Shown here: piece after piece, positions 54,640 through 64,000 of the stretch
Position numbering within the stretch: position 1 is the stretch's first letter
Layout of the letters: the number at the start of each line of letters is the position of its first letter
Translations under genes and position numbers: made by a program
DNA from: the human T2T-CHM13v2.0 reference genome, Homo sapiens
Direction: 5' to 3' (one strand)
Assembly: GCF_009914755.1 (NCBI RefSeq)
Contig: NC_060931.1
DNA length: 64,000 bases
The notes under the pieces: model-generated
Told to the model about the DNA's origin: nothing
Database searches by the model: none
What the model saw: only the letters and a program-made list of their open reading frames with translations

Positions 54640-55420
54640 ATCTATGTTTAAAAGGTCTGAATATTTTTTAAATTATTGATACATATAGCCTAAGATTTTC
54701 TATTTATTCAGACTTTTCAGTCATGAGAGTACTTACTGCGCTCTCACCATCTTCACATATCATCAAATATGTTTTACCTTTATAGGTGTTTGGGGTGAAT
54801 GATTGCTCAGTTTTTACATTGGCCTTTCTTGATTACTAGATTGATTGGGCATTTTCCATGTGTTATTGATCATTTTTATTTAATCTATAAATTGTTTATG
54901 TTCTGTGTGGCTGCTTTTGTTCAACAGTTAATTTTTTTGTATACAAAATCATCATGTGTTAAGTATATTAACTCTATGTTGTGTTTGTTTAAAACATGTC
55001 TCCTTCTGTTAACTTGCTTCCTTATATTTGAAGAAAATTGTATGAATGTTTTAAATATGTACATATTCATATTTTTTCTTTATAATTCTCTCCCACAAAT
55101 CAGTTATTTAGCCTATGTTTTCCTTTATTTTATGGTTTTTACTATTTATAACAATTTTTAAAATCAAATCTGAAATTTATTTTAATATATAGCATGCTAT
55201 GAGACTTTGAATTTATTTTATTGATGGGTAATACTTTTTGTTTTTGTTTTGCTACTTCCTTTAAAAAATATTATGCATTATATATTCCACTCTTCTGTGG
55301 TGGCATTCTTTATTATATATTTGTTTATTTTGTCTACCAGCGTCTCTTCAAGCAATCTTTCTGTGTCAGTGGCCTGTGTATGGGTATGCCTACAGACATT
55401 TTATGGATAGTAAATTTGTA
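54640..55420 (-). mobile_element. Highly decayed L1ME fragments
   Basis: T-rich antisense L1 motifs (tttacattggcctttcttgattactag...gcattttccatgtg). Confidence 0.5.
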
Positions 55421-55885
55421 AAATGTGCAAGAAGTTTTTTGTCTTAAAAGCACCCAGACTCAGCATCAGAAGGCCCATATCCAAACCTCAGTATAACCTC
55501 ATGATTGACTTGTGACATGACCGCATGTAGGCTTAAATGCTGTCAGGAAAATTAAAGGAAGTAAAACGTGAATTGAGAAATTTGGAGATTTCTGAAAATT
55601 TTGAAAATTGAGATTTTGCTGTTAATATCACAGCCGTATCACTAAAATTTCCACAATCCTTTGAATTTGTGAAATCTATATAAACATGATTTAAAGTACT
55701 TATGATATTGTCCTTTTTTTCATATTACCCAAAGTATGGAATTTGTGGCAAATAAATAACCAGGTATATATGGCCCATATAGATATGGTTTTTATCCTGC
55801 ACTTCTTTTGAGATAGCTGGGGGCTTTACTAGAGAGAAGAAATAAAACAAGATAACTTTGGCAAGTATAGATGAAGTTTGAGAGG

Positions 55886-56244
55886 TGTCTTATTTCATTT
55901 TGTGTTGCTATAAAAGAATACCTGAGAGTGGCTCATGGTTTTGGAGGCTGGAAATTATAAGAGTATGGTGCTGGCATCTGGTGGGGGCTTTTTTGCTGCT
56001 TCATTCCATGGGAGAAGGTGGAAAAGCAAGAGAGCATGAGAGCAAGAGGAAGCAGAACTCACTTTAATAACAACCCACTCTCGCAATAACCAACCCAACT
56101 CCAGTGTGAATGACGTTAATTCACTCATGAAGGCAGTGACCCCACGATCTAATCACCTCCTGTTTGGCCCTACTTCCCAATAGTGTTGCATTGGGGATTC
56201 AGTTTCCAACACACAAACTTTGGGGACATGGTTAAACCATAGTA
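55886..56244 (-). mobile_element. MSTC/MSTD-like MaLR solo LTR
   Basis: tgtcttatttcattttgtgttgctataaaagaatacctgaga...ttgcattggggattcagtttccaaca...aaaccatagta; perfect TSD agagg/agagg. Confidence 0.88.
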
Positions 56245-56559
56245 AGAGGGAAGTTTAACATTTGTTTAACGTTGGTATCGAAAGGAACTATTTACGTTGC
56301 AGCCCCGAAAAGACTACAAATAATATTGGTTAAAATAGAAGTGGGCTGTATTCTTTTGCCATTGCAGCAAGCCTTAGTAGTGACCTAGATTCAAAATGTT
56401 ACTTTGATTTTATTTAAAGCACTGAAGTATTGCATTTTTCCTCGTGGTTTTATGCACCTACTAAGTGCAGCTACCAATGACAAAGATCTTCTATAATAAA
56501 AATGATGTTTCCTTATTTTTGGGTCTTTTTTCAATCTGAAAAATGTTTCTTTAATCGGA

Positions 56560-56700
56560 TTCTCATAATAACCCTATGCAGCCATATAATCTATGGTATT
56601 ATTATCTCCACTTTGTATATCAGGAAAATGAGACTCATGCTAAAATACTTGCCCAAGGTCATATGACTTGAAATGGTGGGACTAGCCTCTGGCTTAGCTC
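56560..56700 (-). mobile_element. MIR
   Basis: ctcataataaccctatg...aggaaaatgagactca...acttgcccaaggtca. Confidence 0.7.
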
Positions 56701-57006
56701 TAGTGAGACCTAAAATAATACTCTTTTGGTTTGGTGAGTTCCATCCTTTCTTTTTTTAAAGAATTTGCATATCTACCTTATCCACTTTTAAAATGTTTAA
56801 AGAATTTATTTCAGGTGCCTGTCCAGAGTGACACATGTCAAAATGTTTTTTAAACAGATAAGTACTATTCAAATACAAGGCTTTATCTTTCTTACTGCCT
56901 GGGGTAAGATACCTGTCTTCCCTGTCCCAAGTTATATGATGCTTATTTAAAAAGTTACCTGTGAGCCTTGCTTATTAAAGTATGCCTCAGCTATGTCATG
57001 AGGATA

Positions 57007-57310
<304 letters not shown>

Positions 57311-57329
57311 TGAGGACATTTTTAAAGGT

Positions 57330-57557
57330 GTATACTTCACCATATTCTCTTTTCCTCTACATGAAGTTTAGCAATGTTCAAGATGGTGGCCACTCCATCC
57401 CCCTTGATGACTGAGTGACTGTGATGAGCCGAGCACCTGCTGACTCACAACAGCCATAGAGACATAAGAGTGTGAACAAGAAATAAGCCTTTGTTATTTT
57501 TAGCCATGGAGATTTTGCAGTTGATACTACAGCATTATGTAGCCTATCCTGAATGAG
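57330..57557 (+). mobile_element. MLT1 (J-like) LTR 3' part
   Basis: gtgtgaacaagaaataagcctttgtta...agccatggagatttt...tacagcatt...agcctatcctga. Confidence 0.7.
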
Positions 57558-58157
57558 GTAGGATCATAATAATATGTTTGTTATGCATCACACAAGTTTT
57601 TGGGTTGTTTCAATCTAAAGATCTGAAATTATACCCAAACTAGATATTCTCCAGTATCACCAAACAGGATCTATCCATTCTACAGTGCTCACCAGATTGC
57701 TTCTGTCATACTTCACCTGGACATCTGTGGATTCTGGATATTAGAAATTGGAAGGAAAAGCTTGTAAGGGGATCTCAGTGCCCAGGGTCAAAGCTTCATT
57801 GTTGGGCAGCCAAGGAAGAGATTTGCTTGACTTACTTGAGTAATTTTTGACACATACTTGATTTGGTCATCAGGCATAAAGGATGGCCAGATTACTAGTA
57901 ACTTATTGGAGATACACTTTTAAAATAGGAGTTAAGGCTACTTATGTGTTGATCTGAAATTAAGAAAAGGGCAAGATTTCTCCCTGTGGCCTGATTTTCA
58001 ACCATGACTAAATAAAGCCTGAGGGGAGCCACTGAGGATGGAAAAGGTCACTCAGTCTTTTTTGCTGATGAAAAAATCGAGTTGTCTAGCTCTGGATTGA
58101 CATCCAGCACTGACATGCTTTAGGAAACAAATCTTTTGATGGCAAAACTCTCACTAG

Positions 58158-58236
58158 CCTCACCTCTCCTCTCCTTTCCTCTCTCCTCTCCTCTCCTCTC
58201 CTCTCCTCTCCTCTCCTCTCCTCTCCTCTCCTCTCC
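58158..58236. repeat. (CTCTC)n pentanucleotide repeat
   Basis: Directly visible. Confidence 0.95.
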
Positions 58237-60490
58237 CTCATTTTTCCCTTTTCTACTCTCCCACTTCTACCCTCATTTACTTATTTCTCAATTTAGCTCA
58301 TCAGGGCTTTTTGTTACAAAAAAATGGTGTGTAAGTTACTTAGCTGTAACTTGGAAACTGTTTTCCCATGAATAGATGACAGAATTACTACATGCCAAAT
58401 TATCCCAGAATAGGTGGCTTAACCAATTGTATAATTAAGTTACTTTAATAATTACCAAGAGGGTCCTGAGCCCCATGGAAACCTTCACTGCTTGGAGGAT
58501 GTATAAATGGAAGGTGGGCAGCATGAGTCTTTTGGACTGGTGGCCGGAACAAGCAGTTCTTAGCTTTTTTTAAAATCATCTTTCATATTTCAGAGCAATT
58601 CTTTGCATAATCCAGATTGCTTCTGTCATCCTTCACTTGATCATCTGTGGATTCTGAGCTTCAGGGTGGCCATGCGACCTTTCAGCCCTTGCTGTGGAAG
58701 GTGGAGCTCCTACCATCTCTGCCTGTGTTGGGGCTAGACGAAGTTTCCCTCTGACTGCCTCAATCTTTTCACTGTCATGTGTCCTGGGAGCCTCCTACAC
58801 AGTGGAGAGGAGGGAGTATGAGTCTCAGGAACCATTGAGTTTTTTCACTGTGAGGTGGGACAGGCCTAAATTTCTCCCCTTAGGCCTGCCATTCACTGAG
58901 GGTGTGCAGTCATCATGCTAAGTTCTCTTTCTTGCTCCATTTTCATCTTCACTCACCCCTTACTTTCTGCAAAGCGTTGATGGTGTTGGGTTCTGACAGT
59001 TACCAGTTGGGGCATTTGTGATCTGTGGAGAAGGCAGAGATAGTTAATGAGTAGGCACATTTGCTAACCTCCTTGGACAGGAATAAGTTCAAAGGGGTGG
59101 ACAAGCAGGATTGGCTGGAGGAGGCAGGTCTCCACATTGTTCTCTCTTGCCCCTGGGCCCTGGCGTCCAGGGTAATTTTTGTCTGCCTTTGTGGTTCATA
59201 TTTTTAGCTCTCTGTAAGAGGCCCCCTTGGTAAATATGTCAGTTCATTGTTAAACCTAGACATGAGTTTGACATCTATTTTGTGAAACAAACCATGTAAA
59301 AATATGGGTCTTTATGGTGTTCAGTGTTCCAAAGTCAGGAATTTTTTAGTTTCTTTTGTCTTCACTTCTTGTTATTCTCTCACTTGCTTTACTTCTTCCA
59401 GCCTTTTCCTTTTCCACCTCATCTCCTGCTTCTTATTTCCTCATCTCTTTTTCCTTACCATTTTTTCCTCTTCCATTTCTCCCTTGATCTTTTCATTATA
59501 TTCAATTCATTTCATTCATTGAATGGTGTTAGAAGAGGCTTTGTCTTTGCAGTCAGAAGGCTCAGGTGAAGCTTCATATTTCAAAGCACACTATGCTGAC
59601 ACTAAGAAAACATCTTGCCCGGGCACTTCAGTTGAAGAAAACTATATGATGTGATCAGTATGTGATGATGGCTTTTCAGATCAGATAGCTGGGTTGTATT
59701 TATAATTTATTTCTCTTATCAGTGAAAAAGATAAATGATAATGTAGTAACAGGATTTTCTAGAGTTTGGGTTGTAGAGAAATAAGTGCTCATGAATAGGA
59801 CCGCATATGTGTGCATGTATGTGTGTTTTGGGGGTATGGAGAAAGAGGAGGAAAAGAATATTTTATAGAGAAAATTTCCATATGGTTACCTTTTATAGGA
59901 TCTAGCACATTTCAATGAAAACACACTTTGCTGGAAGAATTCAATTCTCTGTAAAGTTTGGTGCAGCAAGGGGTGAAAATGTGGGGACACAGCTGGAAAC
60001 TTATTTGTGCTGCAGGCTTGCAGCTGTACCTACCTGTGATGCGATGAATACTATTTGATTGTTAATGTCTTTCTGTTACTGAAAGCTTGCTTCCTTTCCT
60101 AAAGCTGATGGTAACAATTTACTGACTGTCTAAACCTTGAGGACTAACTTGGGCTGGGAAAAATAAATCCTGTCTCCTGAAATTTACATCTTATTAAAAC
60201 TCAAAGCAGCCAGCAGAGATGAGAAGGATCTCCAGCCTGGGAGCTGGAGGTGGGAATTCTGCTCAAGTCAAGATCGCTTTTAGCTTTCCTACATTCTCCT
60301 GTGAAGAACCATTGGATTGAATGATGGTGGCAAAACTGGTGTGACTTCATTCAGTTTATCTCTATCCCATTTCCCCTCTCCACATTTGACTGTCAGTCTA
60401 CTAATGAGACCCAGTTATGGTCCTTGGAAGGGGAAATGGAAGGTGGACATAGCTGTGGGGGATGAAATGGAGGAGTTTTTAATATCTTAG

Positions 60491-60886
<396 letters not shown>

Positions 60887-62139
60887 TCATCAGTTATTTT
60901 TTAATTGGCTGTGTTTTCTTTCCCTGTAAACACACTTGTTCAGAAGGAAATATAATATCACTATAATGAGCAGAAGGCAAGTATCACATGCCATAAGAAA
61001 GTAACTATAAAAATGAGTGTAATACAATTAAAATATTATGAGGCTCTAGTTAGATACTGTTCCCTATGGAAGATTCCGAACTTGAGGCCTGCACTCACTT
61101 CTGTCTCAAGTAGAAAGGGAGCTTAAAGAGGCATACACTTTACATCTAAGGAAGCACTAAGTGAGGCATTGTTCTTAACTAATTAGACAGATTAAAAAGG
61201 AAAGGCCAAACCATGCCATTGTCTTAGCTCTTGTTTTCTTTGATTTTGAAGATGGAAAAAGAGATAACACTTAAAAATAAAGCTTGCCTACTCAGACATA
61301 ATTAAGGTATTGTCATTCTTTTTTGTCTGTCCTGGTTCTCATTGCAATATTTTGTTCACTGCTCAATGAGTATTTATTAAATTATTGAAGATTTCAATGT
61401 TAATGTCTAGTTTCATTTGCCCTTCCTCTAAAGGCTGTATTCTTTTTTTGCTCTTGCTCTCTGTGATTTTTTGGTAGTTCTCTTTTATGTGCTTACTCAC
61501 ACATGAGTGCTTTCTCTAACACACTGGTCCTGTGTTTTGCTTCTTTGTGTGCATTCACGTAGACATGCACACCTCTTCAAATGACACATGCCTGTAGGCA
61601 GGATAACAGGTTGAGTTGTCTTGTTAATTAGGCATTCTTTTTCTGGGGCTGGTACAGGATGTTTGAGAATACTGTCCCCCAGAATACTCATCTGGTACAC
61701 TGGAACTGCCATGGACTAGTTTTCCAGGGCTTATACATACAAGTGGCTTCCAAAAAAGCATTTTCAGACAAGCTGCTTGTTATGTGAATGTGTTTTTCTT
61801 TTTAGTCAACCACAATATATGCAGCACAAAGCTGTTGCCATTTTCTTGGAATGAGAAAATTATGAGCATAATGTTTCTTTTACATCTCTGAAAAACGCTA
61901 ATATCCAGCTGTTGTGGTGGTTGCAGTTGTCAGTTGCTTTTTGTAACCCGACAACACTGTCTCAAGGATGAAGAGAGGAAATTTGGTGACTAGTCTTTCC
62001 TGCTCACTCTCCTGAAAGTCCTATTAATTTGCTTTTTTAAAAACAACAGCCAAGTATCTCAGTTGGAGAAGGCAAAGTCTTATTGGTCCTTATATTCTGT
62101 GCTTGGATTAGTATCCACAGTAAACCACACACATTTTGT

Positions 62140-62345
62140 TCCTTGCTTAACGTGAGCCAGGTGTTATACTTTAAAGACATAATCTCACTTAGTCCTCACA
62201 AAAACTCAGTGAATACATACTATCATTAGCACCATTTTTACAGATGCCAAAACAAAAAATTGAGGTTAAATAATTGCACAAAATCTGGCAGCCATTAAAT
62301 GACTGAGCTGGAATTTAAAAGCAGATGTGTCTAAATTCTGAGCTT
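62140..62345 (-). mobile_element. MIR
   Basis: tagtcctcacaaaaactc...ccattttacagatg...gagctggaatttaaa. Confidence 0.7.
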
Positions 62346-63359
62346 ACATTTGTAACCACTGTATATAATGTAGTATAATAACTTCCCCAATAATTGACAG
62401 AGTACTTTACTCAGAGGCTTTACAAGGACAATAAAAGAATTAGTTGAGATAACACAACCCATGTTGTGAGAAGATTGTCTTTTTGATTCACAGTTCATGC
62501 AAAGAAATAATATACAGCAGACTGTGAATAATACACAAACGAAATGAAATTTCATTCTTGAATGAATTATCTGTATCTCCTTTTAAGAAAAATTGGTAAA
62601 GCATTTAACTGGTCATGGCTCAGGGAAATGTCTCTATTCTGTTTCTGTCTGAATTTTATTCTTTAAATATTCACTTTTTTTTTTTTTTTAGCATCCAGTG
62701 GCCACCTAGTTGTTGTTGTTGTTGTTGTTGTTTTTTCCCCCTGTGCTTATGCTTGTGCCTTGCAGGGCTGCATTTCTGCTTGCTGTGAATTCTCAGTTCA
62801 CAGCTGCAGTTGTTCAAACTTTAAATTTAAAATTCAGTCTATGTTTCTAGTAATTGCTGCTGGGAAACTGAAACAGGACTACTTGGTTTCAGAGTGAGGC
62901 TGTTGCTTCATATTGGAAGAAAGGTTTCATTAGCTTGGAAAGCAAATCTCGGGATATCAAGAAAACAACAAAGGCTGTAAATTAATGCAGAACTCACCCT
63001 AAAAAGGGTCAATGATGAAAGAAGGGAGAAAGAAGAGACAGGAGTTTCAGTGGTCAAGGGAATATTTTCTTCATGATAACAGTGACCTGAATTGGACAGA
63101 AAGCAGAAGGGAGTGTGTCATTTTAAGAAGGTCAGTTTGACAGACCGCAATATTCCAGGTTTCTATTATTATATATAATTGACATTGTTAGCTAAGGGAT
63201 GGATTTTCACTATTTCCTTCTGTAGTACCTCAGTCCCTTTTAAGTAATTTTTTTTTTCCTGACTTCACCACCAGGATCGTGTGATGGTTTAGGAGGAGAT
63301 TTGGGGGATAGAGAGGTGATTCTGAAGATAAACCCACTTTGGCTGCCTCTGTGGTCTAA

Positions 63360-63842
<483 letters not shown>

Positions 63843-64000
63843 TGACAGACTTTTTAATGATTGTAGGGATAGAGAATGGTATACAAGTAAATATACTACT
63901 ACTGTTTTTGAACTGGCACAGTGATGAAGACTAAGCCAGTAATGCTATGAAACTTCAAGTATTAAATTTCTAAATATTTGGCATTAGGCACCAATCTAAG

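Overview
This is primate (human-like) genomic DNA. It is AT-rich and CpG-depleted, has no CpG island, and is dense in interspersed repeats: about 20 Alus, ancient L1, L2, MIR and CR1/L3, MaLR and ERVL solo LTRs, and hAT/Tigger DNA transposon fossils. It most likely lies inside one large intron of a gene transcribed on the + strand, since L1s and LTRs are mostly antisense and + is T-rich. I could not identify the host gene. None of the six-frame ORFs is a credible stand-alone gene. The most notable signals are: (1) a candidate alternative coding first exon (MIKSSWFYVKFKYAEK followed by a perfect AAG|GTAAGT donor) at about 14.55-14.60 kb; (2) a 3'-truncated 'tailless' tRNA-Cys(GCA) retropseudogene with 20-bp TSDs; (3) a ~300-bp non-tandem duplication of unique sequence and a second 45-bp one; (4) a 6.7-kb nested L1/LTR/Alu/L1 block that splits a MIR; (5) a 1.4-kb AT-rich VNTR. 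I found no support for a new multi-gene biological system. Repeat subfamily names come from recalled consensus sequences, and boundaries are approximate.
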